The notes under the pieces: model-generated
Told to the model about the DNA's origin: nothing
Database searches by the model: none
Seen by the model: only the letters and a program-made list of their open reading frames with translations
Assembly: GCA_963704775.1 (NCBI GenBank)
Contig: CAVPHR010000006.1
Location: 67,523-131,522, forward strand
Length of the DNA: 64,000 nucleotides
Source of the DNA: an uncultured Chloroflexia bacterium
Lineage (GTDB): Bacteria; Chloroflexota; Limnocylindria; Limnocylindrales; CSP1-4
Direction: 5' to 3'
Position numbers and translations under genes: made by a program
Shown here: positions 8,186-19,483 of the stretch, piece after piece
How positions within the stretch are numbered: the first letter of the stretch is position 1
Layout: each line of letters starts with the position of its first letter

Positions 8186-11155
8186 TCAGCGCTCGCGGGC
8201 GCGCCGCTTGGCCTCCCGAAGGCGGGCCATGGTGTCCGACGGATCCGCGGCGGCCGGGGTCGCGGCAGGCTCGGCGGTCCCTGCCGGCTTCGGGGACGAT
8301 CCCGGTGCGGCCGGAGCTGCAGGCGCCGGGGCCGGGCGGGTCGCGGGCTTCGTCGCGCGGCTCGCGGCCGGTGTGGCCGTTGCGGTCGGCGCGGCCGGGC
8401 TGGTCACGGTCGCCTCGGTCGGGGATGTTCGAAGGGCCGCCCGCGAGGGCGCGCCGCTGGCCCGCTCCCGAGCCGCGAACAGGCCCTCCCCGGTCGCGGT
8501 GCGTGGCGCCGTCGAGCCGCGTCGTCGACGGGCCCCGGCGAGCCAGCCACGGGCGGCCACGAGCTCGCGGCGGCCGATCGACACGCGCCGCAACGCGATG
8601 TCGAGGGGCCAGAGCAACAGCGCGATGAGCAGCAGGAGCGGCCACAGGTCGGTGTAGCGGTTCGTCGCGGTCAGGTCGTGGGTCCAGGGATCGAGCGCGG
8701 TCTCGACCACCTCGCCGCCGGTCGCGGACCGCAGCGCGGCCATGAACGGCTCATCCGGTCCGAGGAGTCGGTACTCGGCGGCGGTCGGGGCGACGAGTCC
8801 GATCGTCCGTCCCAGGGCCGAGGACCCCGGCCGGGTCTGGGTCACGCGCAGGGCGTAGGCGCCCGGCGCGACATCCCCGAGCGGCACCTCGTAGACGCCC
8901 GGTGCCACCTGCGCGAGCGCGACGTCAACAGGCTCGAGGTCGGGCCCGACGACCGTGGCGCGGGTGGCGTAGAAGTCGCGCGGCGAGCCGTCGGCCTCCA
9001 CGCTCTCGACGTGCAGCGAGGTCTTGCCGTCCTTCGAGTCGAAGCGCGCCTCGATGCCGTCGGTCTCCTCACCCGGGAACGTCCAGCTCACGAGCTGGGA
9101 GAAGAAGCGGCTGAACCCGCCCCAGGGCAGCCAGTCCTTGGCCCACCGGCCTGTCGAGTCCGACGTCCACGCCACCGACCGCCCGAGGCCGTACTGCCAT
9201 TGGGCGAGGAGCGGATCGTCGCGCGCGGTCACGAGCACGGTCTGGGCGGCCGGCTTGGCGGTCGTCCCGTTGTAGCCGCGGAGCTGCGGCAGGCCGTCGT
9301 CGAGGCCGCGCATGATCGGCGACGATGACGTCAGGATCGGGAAGAACGGTTCCTCGACGATCTGCTGGCCCGACACCTGCTGGGTCTCCTTGAGGAAGAT
9401 GTCGGGGATGCTCGCGGGGTTGGCCGCCGCGTAGAAGCGCCCGCCGCCCTTGGTCGCGAGCTGCTCGAGGAACGGGTTGGCGCCGCCGCCTGCGCCGACG
9501 GTCGAGAGCGTGATCCCGTCGGCCTTCATCTTGGCGAGGATCTCGTCGTACTGGCCCGAGGTGGACCAGCCGTCAGTCAGGAGGATGATGTGGCGGCGGG
9601 TCGCCGTGACCCCCTCGAGCGACTGCACGGCCTGGTCGAGGCCCGCGAAGATGTTCGTCTGGCCGTCGGCGCGGATGCCGCTGATCTGGCCCTGCAGGTC
9701 GCCGACGCCGCCGAGGGGCTGCGTGCGGACGACCCAGTGAGCGGCCTCGTTGAAGCTGACGACGCCCAGCTCGTCGCGTTCGGTCATGGCGGCCGCGGCG
9801 CGCAGGATCGCCTCCTTGCCGATGTCGACCTTCTGGACGCCGCCGATCCCGCTGCCGCTGCCCCGTTCGAACGTGTTGCAGTGGCAGGCGGCCATCGAGC
9901 CCGACGCGTCGATCACGACGACCAGCGCGATGTCAGGCTGCTTCTGCCGGTCGCGCACGCCCATGTCGACTGGCAGCGTCTCCTCGAGCGGCGTCTTCTG
10001 GTAGCCACCGGCTCCGTAGCTGTCCGGGCCGCCGACCATCACAAGGCCCTTGCCGAGGTCGCGGACGTAGACCTGCAGCGCCGCGAGCTGGCGGTCCGAG
10101 AGACGGATCCGCGGCACGTCGACGAGCACGACGCTGTCGTAGGTGGCGAGCCCGGCGAAGTCGGTCGGGAGCGCCTCGGGCACGATGGTGTCGACCTGCT
10201 GGCGCTGGCTCTCGAGCGCCTGGACGAGCTCGGCCGCGACCACGTCGTCCCCCGCGAGGACCAGCGTCCTCGGCTCGCCCTTGACGATCGTGTTGGAGTC
10301 CGCCCGGTCGTTCTCGCTGAACGTGTCGAGCGCGGCCTCCACGCGCACGCGGAATGTGTGGAAGCCGGCTTCGCTCGGCTTGATGTCGAACGTGACCCGG
10401 GTGATGCCTTCCTCGAGCTTGACCGGCTGCGAGGCGACCTCGGTGCCGTCCGCGAACAGGAAGACGACCGCCTGCTGGGCGACCGACGAGCGGATCTCCG
10501 CGACCGCCTCGATCGACTCGCCGAGGCGCGCGGTCGACGGCGTCGTGAGACGCTCGACGAGCACCTCTTCGGCGTCGCCGATGCCGATCTGGCGCGTCTC
10601 GATCTCCACGCCGCGGCTCGCGGCAAGGGCGCCCTCGGCCTGGCCGGATCCCGTCGTGTCGTTGCCGTCGCTCAACAGCACGATCCGCTTCTGAGCGTCG
10701 TCGGGGAAGAGCGCCGTCGCGAGGCGGAGGGCGGCGCCGATGTCGGTGGCGGACTTGACCGGTGCCGACGCGATCCGGTCGATGTCCTCGAGCTCGGACG
10801 GGAGCCGCTCGACCAGTGCGTCCTTCCCGAACGCGACGATGCCCGCCACGTCGCCGGGCGGCTTCACCTTGAGCGTCTCGCGCAGGAAGGCCAGCGCGTC
10901 CGAGCGGCCCGCGTTGCCGACGGAGTCCGAGAGGTCCACCACGAAGACGGTCGCGAGTCGATCGACCGGCAGGACCAGCTGGAACCCGGCGATCGCGAGA
11001 ACCAGGGCGGTCAGCACGACGGTCCGCAGGATCAGGGCCGCACGGCGACGCCCGGTCCCCATCCGCCGGCGTGCCCCGGCGTGCAGCCCGATCGTCAGGA
11101 TCAGGGCCGGGATCAGGAGGGCGAGCGCGAGGGGCGCCTCGAACGCGATGCCCAT
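8186..11155 (-). CDS. large double-VWA membrane protein (BatB-like, Bat/MoxR operon member)
   Basis: Intact 989-aa ORF. N-terminal BatA-type TM: MGIAFEAPLALALLIPALILTIGL. Two MIDAS-containing VWA domains: VFVVDLSDSVG and ALVVVIDASGSMAA. C-terminal TM (LWPLLLLIALLLWPLDIAL) and an Ala/Pro-rich tail. Its start abuts the stop of the upstream gene (11155/11156). Confidence 0.85.
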   Translation of the reverse strand: MGIAFEAPLALALLIPALILTIGLHAGARRRMGTGRRRAALILRTVVLTALVLAIAGFQLVLPVDRLATVFVVDLSDSVGNAGRSDALAFLRETLKVKPPGDVAGIVAFGKDALVERLPSELEDIDRIASAPVKSATDIGAALRLATALFPDDAQKRIVLLSDGNDTTGSGQAEGALAASRGVEIETRQIGIGDAEEVLVERLTTPSTARLGESIEAVAEIRSSVAQQAVVFLFADGTEVASQPVKLEEGITRVTFDIKPSEAGFHTFRVRVEAALDTFSENDRADSNTIVKGEPRTLVLAGDDVVAAELVQALESQRQQVDTIVPEALPTDFAGLATYDSVVLVDVPRIRLSDRQLAALQVYVRDLGKGLVMVGGPDSYGAGGYQKTPLEETLPVDMGVRDRQKQPDIALVVVIDASGSMAACHCNTFERGSGSGIGGVQKVDIGKEAILRAAAAMTERDELGVVSFNEAAHWVVRTQPLGGVGDLQGQISGIRADGQTNIFAGLDQAVQSLEGVTATRRHIILLTDGWSTSGQYDEILAKMKADGITLSTVGAGGGANPFLEQLATKGGGRFYAAANPASIPDIFLKETQQVSGQQIVEEPFFPILTSSSPIMRGLDDGLPQLRGYNGTTAKPAAQTVLVTARDDPLLAQWQYGLGRSVAWTSDSTGRWAKDWLPWGGFSRFFSQLVSWTFPGEETDGIEARFDSKDGKTSLHVESVEADGSPRDFYATRATVVGPDLEPVDVALAQVAPGVYEVPLGDVAPGAYALRVTQTRPGSSALGRTIGLVAPTAAEYRLLGPDEPFMAALRSATGGEVVETALDPWTHDLTATNRYTDLWPLLLLIALLLWPLDIALRRVSIGRRELVAARGWLAGARRRRGSTAPRTATGEGLFAARERASGAPSRAALRTSPTEATVTSPAAPTATATPAASRATKPATRPAPAPAAPAAPGSSPKPAGTAEPAATPAAADPSDTMARLREAKRRARER

Positions 11156-13245
11156 CTAGGTGGTCCCGCCGGGCTGCCGGCCGAAGCGGGCGACCAGCGA
11201 CCGCCGGATTCGGACCACGGCGTCGCGGTGGTAGAGCGCCCACTCGACGCACAGGCCGAAGAGAACGAGCAGCACGATCGGCAGCCACAGCTCGTCGCGG
11301 GTCGTCGGGCGGTCGGTGGGGGCGCCGTTCCCGGGCGACCCGGACGGATCCGGCGCCGCCCCGAGGCCCTCGATGGCGGCCACGGACCCCGGCGCGATGT
11401 TCGACTCGCCCACGTCGAAGAGGTCCACCGCGAAGCGGACCGGGGCGTTCGGGTCGACCGGGACGGCGGGCGCCGCAGCGGACCCGGATGGCCGGGCGCT
11501 CGCCAGGGGCGTGGGGTCCGGGCTCCTGACGCCGCTGGCCGACGGGTTCGTTGACGCATCGGCCGGCCGGATCGGGGTGACGGTGTAGATGCCGGGCAGA
11601 TCGGTCGCGACGTACGACACCGAGGCGCCGCCCGCGACGCTCGCGACGAGATCGAGGGTCGTGCCGTCCGGTCGCGTGACGGTGACGCCGGTCGCGCCCG
11701 AGGGGACCGTCAGGTTGACCGGGGTGCCGGGCGCGACCGCGTCGGTCGGGGCCGCCGAGCCGCCGAGCAGCTCACCGGTGAGGTTGGAGAGCAGGATGGG
11801 GAACGCGACCTGGAGCGGCAGGTCGGAGCGCCGCGGCTCGAATGCCAGCACCGCGGTCGGTAGGCCGGCGCGCACGCCGGTGTAGAGGAGGGGAGCGCCC
11901 TTGGGCCCCGGGATGACCGTCCGTGCCCAGTCGGGCGTCGTGAGCTGTTGCGCCTGCGAGATGTGGGTCGTGGAGAGGTCGACGTAGCGCAGGACCGGCT
12001 CGTCGGGGCTCGAGCGATCCGATGCCCGGGTCCTTGAGCGTGCCGGTCACGACGCCGAGCGCGCTGGTCCGGGGCGGCGCGATCGCCAGGATGGGCGTCG
12101 TCGGGAGCGTGCTCGGCAGGTTCGACTCGAAGATCGTCAGGTCCCACGGGCGGCCGTCGGTGCGCTGCGACGCGGGCCCGTAGTCGGCCGGCGCGACGCC
12201 GTACAGCTCGACGTTGGGGAGGTACGAGAGCGCGGTCTCGAGGTACGGGTCGCCGTCGCCGACGAGCAGGACGAGCCGGGTCTGCGTCGGCGGCAGGACC
12301 GCCCACGCCCGGTCGTCGATGGCGAGCTGGTCCGCCGCCCCCTCGGCCGCCGGATCGCGACCGACCAGCCGGACCTCGACGACCGCGACATCGGCCGGCA
12401 CGTCGTCGATCACGACATCGGACTTCGCCTGCGCGTCGAGGGCCAGGTCGCGCGCCTCGAGCAGGCGGTCGTCGCCCCAGACCTCGATCCGGCGCTGCGC
12501 GCTCTCGATGTCGAGGTTCGCGACGCTGATGAAGACCGAGCGGGTGACGGCCGACGGAGACGTCCGCACCGCGAGTGCGACGATCGCCTGGTTCTTCCGC
12601 TCGCGGCCGACCGGCAGGACCTTGATCGGCGCATCCACCTTCGTGGTCGGCACGGTCGCGAGGGCCGCGTCGGTGGCGATGAGGATCTGGGCGTCCCCGG
12701 AGCGTGCGGCGAGCTTGGAGGCGAGCTCCAGGGCGTCGCCGAGGTCCCCTCGGCTGGCCGCCGGCTGCAGCTCGTCGAGCGCCTGGCGGACGCGGCTGAG
12801 GTCGCTCGTGTCGTTGACCACGATCCGGGCGCTCCGGTCCACCGCGATGACGCTCACCCGGCCGCCCGTCGGCAGGTCCCCGAGGGCGTCGATGGCGGCG
12901 GCGCGCGCGGCGGCGAGCCGATTCGGGGCGACGTCGGTGGCGGCCATGCTGGCCGAGGTGTCCATGACGAGGACGATGTCCCGGGCCAGGCCGGCGGGCC
13001 GCTCCAGGAACGGCCGCGCCGCGAGCAGGACGAGGGCGATCGACCAGCAACAGTTGAAGGAGCAGCAGCGGGCTCCGTCGCAGGCGTTGCCACGGGGCGT
13101 TCGCCTCGACGTCGGTCAGGAGGCGGCTCCACAGCAGCGTCGATGGGACGACGGCCTGGTCGCGCCGGAGCTTGAGCATGTACATCGCGATGACGGCCGG
13201 CACGAAGATGAGGCCGGCCAACGCGAGCGGTGTGATGAACGGCAT
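11156..13245 (-). CDS. BatA-like TM + VWA protein, reading frame broken at least twice in this sequence
   Basis: Rebuilt from three fragments. 11710..13245 supplies the N-terminus MPFITPLALAGLIFVPAVIAMYMLKLRRDQAVVPSTLLWS. 11772..12965 supplies MDTSASMAATD (a MIDAS motif) through ...APPRTSALGVVTGTLKDPG. 11156..11875 supplies ...LPLQVAFPILLSNLTGELLG... and the C-terminal TM LWLPIVLLVLFGLCVEWAL. Frame switches are near 13020 and 12000. Confidence 0.75.
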
Positions 13246-13248
13246 CGG

Positions 13249-14235
13249 CTAGCCCAGGACCCGGCGCCGGCGCAGCTCGGCGAACATGAGGTCGGCGAGG
13301 TTGACGTCGGACGACAGGTCGACATAGCTGGCGCCGCGCTTGGCGGCAAGGTCCGCGAAGCCGGCCTTCCATGCCGCGAGACGGGCCTTGTAGGCATCGA
13401 TCGTCGAGAGGTCGACGGTCACGTCGATGCCGTCGCCGGTCTCGCTGTCGACGAGCCGGAGATCGCCCTCGAGGACGGGGTCCAGCTCATCGGGCGACAG
13501 GATGTGCATGACGATGAGCTCTGAGCCGGTCGCGGCCAGCTCGCGGACGACGCGGTCGGCCGATGGGTCGAGCAGGTCCGAGAGCAGGATCACGACGCCC
13601 CGGCCGTGGAGTTGCGCGGCGGCATGCCGGGCCGCGACCAGCAGGTCGGTGCGGCCGTCGGCCGGGGTGATGGCCGACAGGTCGGCCAGCAGGCGGAAGA
13701 CCCGGCCCGAGCCTCGGAGGGAGTTCCGGCGGCGAGCCGTGCGCCCGGCGAGCGCCGTGACCGCGACCCGATCCTCGCTCGCGAGCCCGATGTAGCCGAG
13801 CGCTGCAGCGGCCCGCTTGGCGAAGAGCAGCTTGGCCGGGCTTCCCGCCGCCATCGACGCCGAGGCATCGACGAGCAGCGTCACGGTGACGTCCTCTTCC
13901 TCGACGAAGAGCTTGACGAACAGGCGCTCGAGGCGGGCGTAGACGTTCCAGTCGAGCTGGCGCAGGTCGTCGCCGAGCGTGTAGTCGCGGTAGTCGGCGA
14001 ACTCGACCGACTGGCCCCGCTTGACGCTGCGCCGACCGCCCTTGAGACCGCCGCGGACCGGGGCGCGCATGAGCAGGAGAAGGCGCTCGAGCTGCCGTAG
14101 GAAGGCCTCGTCGAAGACGGTCGGGTCGACCTCGCTCGGCAGGAACGCCTGGCGCGTGCCGGCCGCGGCGGGCCGGTCACCCGACGGTGACGGGGTCGGC
14201 GCGTCGGTCAGCGGCCCGGGTAGTCCCTCGGTCAT
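13249..14235 (-). CDS. DUF58 family protein (MoxR-associated)
   Basis: Lies within ORF 13249..14346. The ATG at 14235 (MTEGLPGPL...) avoids overlapping moxR. DUF58 hallmark: VEFADYRDYTLGDDLRQLDWNVYARLERLFVKLFVEEED, followed by LLVDASASM. Confidence 0.85.
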   Translation of the reverse strand: MTEGLPGPLTDAPTPSPSGDRPAAAGTRQAFLPSEVDPTVFDEAFLRQLERLLLLMRAPVRGGLKGGRRSVKRGQSVEFADYRDYTLGDDLRQLDWNVYARLERLFVKLFVEEEDVTVTLLVDASASMAAGSPAKLLFAKRAAAALGYIGLASEDRVAVTALAGRTARRRNSLRGSGRVFRLLADLSAITPADGRTDLLVAARHAAAQLHGRGVVILLSDLLDPSADRVVRELAATGSELIVMHILSPDELDPVLEGDLRLVDSETGDGIDVTVDLSTIDAYKARLAAWKAGFADLAAKRGASYVDLSSDVNLADLMFAELRRRRVLG

Positions 14236-14269
14236 GCGCTGGTCGCTCGGATCGGGTCCGATGGACCCG

Positions 14270-15324
<1,055 letters not shown>

Positions 15325-15328
<4 letters not shown>

Positions 15329-17094
15329 TTGGACGGGTCGAGCGAGCTGAAGTAGTCGCGCACGAAGTCCTTGACCGAGAGCGGGATGTAGCCGCGCTCG
15401 AGCGAGGTCTGTGCGTACTGCTCGAAGTCGGCGTAGACCTGCTGGTAGGGCGTCAGCGCCCCGTTGTTGGTGCCGCTGCCGACCTGGTTTCCCTGCTGGG
15501 TCTGGCCGTCACCGCCGGTGCCCGCGATATACGACGGATCGCCGGGCCGGCCGATGCGATCGAACGGCGCGTAGACCGAGGACAGGTCCTCCCCGAGCTG
15601 TGCCGGGCGGTTCGGGTTGGTCGGGCCGGCTGGCCGGCCGTTGCCGCCGATGCCGTTGCCGAGCGATCGGGCGTTCGAGCCGCCGCCACCGATGGCTCCT
15701 GAGCCCTGACCTTGGCCCTGACCCTGACCCTGACCCTGCCCCTGCCCTTGCCCCTGACCCTGCCCTTGCCCCTGGCCCTGACCCTGACCCTGCCCTGCCC
15801 TGGCCCTGACCCTGCCCCTGACCCTGACCCTGCCCTTGCCCCTGGCCCTGGCCCTGCCCCTGCCCTTGACCTGGGCTGGCACCGGGGCTCCCCTGGGCCT
15901 GACCCTGACCCGTGCCCGGGCTGCCGCTCGGACGCGGGCTCCCCTGGGCCTGGCCCTGCTGCCCTGCCCCTGCGGCGGTGGTGGGCTTGCCCGAGTCGGC
16001 CAGCTGGCGCCGTGCGTCCTGGAGCCGCGACGCCGCCCCCGACAGGTCGCGGTTGGCCGTCACCTGGCGCTCGGTCCCGGTCAGCGCCTCCCCGAGCCGA
16101 TCGAGCGCGGACTTGGCGCCCTCCGTGTCGCCCTGGGCGAGGCTCTGCGCCGCGTCATGGAGGGCCGTCGATGCCGCCCCGTTCGTCCCGGATGCCGCGG
16201 CCTGCTGCTCGGCGAGCTGGCGGGCGAGGGTCGCGCGCTCCTCGGGCGTCATCTCGTCGAGCTTGTCGCCGAGCTTGTCGAGGTCCTCCTGCGTCTCCTT
16301 GGGATCGCCGGCCTTGTTCGCGTCGGGCTTGCCGGTCGCGGCCCTGGACAGCGCCCGGCTGAGCGAGGTCATCGCCGCGGCCCGCTGCTCCGTCGCCGGG
16401 TCGATCTGGGCGCGGACCGCGGCCTCGACCGATCCGAGGCGGGCCAGGTTCACGTCGAGCTGGTCCGGCCGGTCGCGCAGCTGGCGGGCGAGGTCGCGCA
16501 GGTCCTGCGCCAGTCGCGTGCGCGGATCCTTGGCGTCGGCGCCCTTCGTCTCGAGCTCGTGGGCGAGGTCGTCGAGCCGCTCGGCCTGCTGGTTCGCGGC
16601 CTCGCGGACCTGTCGCTGCTGGGCGATCGCCGCGTCCTGCGGGTTCGGGATGAGCAGCACGGGCGCAAGCAGGAGCGCGGCGACGACCGCCGCGACCGCC
16701 GGCTGGCGCGAGAACCGCGGCCGGAACAGGTTCTGAGGCGCGCCCCGAAGGGACGCGACCGCATCGGCACGCTGGCGCCGGACGAAGCGGTCGGTCTGGG
16801 CGGCCTCGTCGACTGGGCCATCGGAAGGCGACGGCGTCGGACTCGGCCGAAGCCTTCGGCGGCCGGGCCGGCCGATGCCGGGAAGCCGACCGCGAGCTCG
16901 AGCGCGCTGGAGATGCGGTCGCCGAGCCGACCCTCGGTGTCGAGCGCGAGCGCGGTCTCGCCCAGCGACGGACGGGCGCGGACGACGGCGATGAGCCAGC
17001 CCACCGCGCCGACGACCGGGATGGCCGCTCCGGCGACCGGCGCCCATTCGATGGGCACGAACCGCGCGACGGTCCACAGCACCAGCTCGGCCAC
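15325..17094 (-). CDS. TM + coiled-coil protein with long (GQ)n tract and conserved C-terminal YF motif, frameshifted at least twice
   Basis: Rebuilt from three fragments. 16450..17094 gives the TM helices and ETALALDTEGRLGDRISSALELA. 15509..17146 gives the coiled coil (AIAQQRQVREAANQQAERLDDLAHELE...RQLRDRPDQLD... and SPGQGQGQGQ...). 15325..15882 gives ...GQGQGQGSGAIGGGG... and the C-terminal YIPLSVKDFVRDYFSSLDPSK. One frame switch lies inside the hexanucleotide repeat (about 15792-15797) and another near 16800. The true start may lie upstream (up to 17290); no start codon is visible there. Confidence 0.7.
15702..15975 (-). repeat. hexanucleotide (CAGGGN)n coding microsatellite encoding about 30 Gly-Gln dipeptides
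   Basis: The plus strand reads ccctga/ccctgc/ccttgc... almost uninterrupted from about 15702 to 15870, with degenerate copies to about 15975. One 5-nt unit at about 15792-15797 breaks the frame. Confidence 0.9.
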
Positions 17095-17293
17095 CAGGAT
17101 CGCGGCGAGCGCGAGCCAGGTCCGTCGGACGATCCGGCGGACCCACAGGCGGCGGCGATGCGAGGCGAGACCGGCCCGGACGGCGAGCAGCGACCGGGTC
17201 CAGCGGGCCGTCGATGACGCCGCGTGGGTCGACCGGGATGTAGGCGGCCTCGGTCGATCGGCGATGGGCGCGCGGGCACCGGGCGTCGGACCC

Positions 17294-18495
17294 TCACGCG
17301 ACGGCCTCCTTCGGTGCTCTGCGCGGCAGGCGTGGTCGCCAGCGACGCGTCGGCGAGACGAGCTGGATGGAGAGGAACAGGAAGATGACCGAGAGGATCA
17401 GCCACGTCGCGACGCTCTTCGGCCAGACCGTGTCGTGGATGCCGCCGAACGGGGCCACGTCGTTGATCGGGTTCCCGAACTGGTCGATCGCCACGTTCAC
17501 GCCGCGGTCCAGGACGACGCCGCCGTTCGCGAACCCGACGACGGGCACCGGCGCCCGAGAACCCCTTGTCGACGTTGACGATGCCGTTCTGGTTCGGGAC
17601 GAGCGACTGGGTCAGGCTGCACCAGGTCCCGAACGACAGCTCCGTGCCGCACAGCACGTCCGCCTGGGCGATGAACGGGTTCACGTAGGCGACGATCTCG
17701 GGCGCGCGGCCCTTGATCGGGCCGAAGCCGCGGCCCTGGTCCGTGCTGGCCATCCCGGTCCAGAAGATCAGCACGAACAGCGACCCGATCGAGACCGCGA
17801 GGACGCCGAAGATCGAGATCGCCGTGGCCGCCTGCGTCCGCTTGACGAGGCTCGAGCAGAAGAGGCCGAAGGAGCCGAGCCCGAACGCCGTCGCGAGCAG
17901 GACCGCGTAGCCCTTGCAGGACGTCGTCGGGGCCGACGCCGCCGTAGACGAACACGACGGCCGTCAGCGGGACCGAGGCGACGATCAGGAGGAAGACGTA
18001 GGTCAGCGCGCTCAGGAGCTTGCCGAGCACGATCGCCACCGACGTGATCGGCGTCGCGATGAGCATGTCGAGGGTCTGCTTCTCGCGCTCGAGGCTGATC
18101 GCGCCGGCCGTCGCGGCGGGCGCCAGGAAGACGACCTGGAGGGTCTCGAGCATCAGGAGCGACGGCGAAGATCCCTGGCCGATCGACGCGGACGCGTAGG
18201 CCGCCGAGTTGCCGAACCCGCTCGTGTAGGACCGCTCCATGAGCAGCTCGACCATCCAGGCGAAGCCGCCGAGCAGCAGCAGGTAGATCGTCAGGATCAC
18301 GAACGCCCGGCGGCCGCGCATCCGGCCGCGGAGCTCCTTGACGCCGACGGCCGCGATCCCGCCCGAGGTGCGGCGCAGGCTCAACCGCGGCAGGCCGATC
18401 CGTCGGCGTCGGCCCGGTGACCGAGGCCGTCTCGACGGCCTCGAGTCGCCCGCGATCGGGGCGGGCGCGATCTCCTCGACGGTCGGTTCGGTCAT
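17294..18495 (-). CDS. ABC-2 type transporter permease, frameshifted (at least 3)
   Basis: Rebuilt from three fragments. 17497..18516 gives MTEPTVEE... (ATG 18495, preceded by GAGGAG), then [45 protein letters not shown] and [20 protein letters not shown]. Part of 16155..17774 gives [13 protein letters not shown]...[16 protein letters not shown]. 17294..17548 gives ...[16 protein letters not shown]. Confidence 0.75.
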
Positions 18496-18505
18496 CGCGG
18501 GCTCC

Positions 18506-19478
18506 TCACGCCGCATCGAGCGGCGCTCGGTCGGGTGCGGTCACCTGGAGGAAGAGCTCCTCGAGATCGCTCGCGGCACGCGCGAAGCTCGCGATCGGCA
18601 GCCCGGCGCGCACGGAGTCGGCGAGCAGTCGGGCCGACGCCGCGTCGTCGCCTCGGAAGCCGAGCTCGATCGTGCCGTCCTCGAGGATCACCGCCGACGC
18701 GACCTCGGGGTCGGCCGCGAACCGGTCCCGGGCGGCCTCGAGGGCCTCGCGGTCGGCGAGCAGCCGGACGCGGAGCACGGCCCCGAAGCGGAGTCGCCGC
18801 TCGATGTCGGAGACGCGGCCCTGGGCGAGCACCTGGCCGCGATCGACGATCGCGACGCTGGTGCACAGCTCCTCGAGCTCGGGCAGGATGTGGCTGCTGA
18901 TGAGGATCGTCTTGCCCAGCGAGCGCAGCTCGCGGAGCAGCTCGCGAAGCTCGACCCGGGCCCGCGGGTCGAGGCCCGAGGCCGGCTCGTCGAGGAGCAG
19001 GACCTCCGGGTCGTGGACGAGGGCGTGCGCCAGGCACAGCCGCTGCTGCATGCCGCGCGACAGCGTCTGGACGTACTGGTCGCGCTTGTCGCCGAGGTCG
19101 ACGAGCTCGAGGAGGTCGCCGATCATGCGTCGCCGGCCGGCCGCCGGGATGCCGTAGCAGCGGGCGAAGAAGTCGAGGTACTCCCAGACCTTCATGTCGT
19201 CGTAGACCCCGAACACGTCCGGCATGAACCCGAGGACGCGCCGGACCTGATCGGGGTTCCGGGTCACGGACCAGCCCGGCGATCTCGGCCTCCCCGGCCG
19301 ACGGCCGGAGGAGCGTGGCCAGCATGCGCAGGGTCGTGGTCTTGCCGGCGCCGTTGGGCCCGACCAGCCCGAAGATCTCGCCGGCCTCGACGGACAGGTC
19401 GACGCCGGCCACGGCCAGCGTGCCGTCGTACCGCTTGACCAGGCCCTCGGTCCGCAGGATCGGCGGTCATCGGACGTT
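18506..19478 (-). CDS. ABC transporter ATP-binding protein, frameshifted (2)
   Basis: The ATG at 19478 is followed by an immediate frame slip. Then come [47 protein letters not shown] (Walker A, ORF 18492..19412), a switch near 19265, and ORF 18506..19267 with [12 protein letters not shown] (signature) and [11 protein letters not shown] (Walker B). Confidence 0.88.
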
Positions 19479-19483
19479 CCCCG

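Noticed and set aside
15702-15975. Possible CRISPR array or non-coding satellite suggested by the highly regular repeat
   Set aside because: The period is 6 nt with no spacers. It lies inside a coding gene and translates to (GQ)n, so it is a coding microsatellite and not a CRISPR array.
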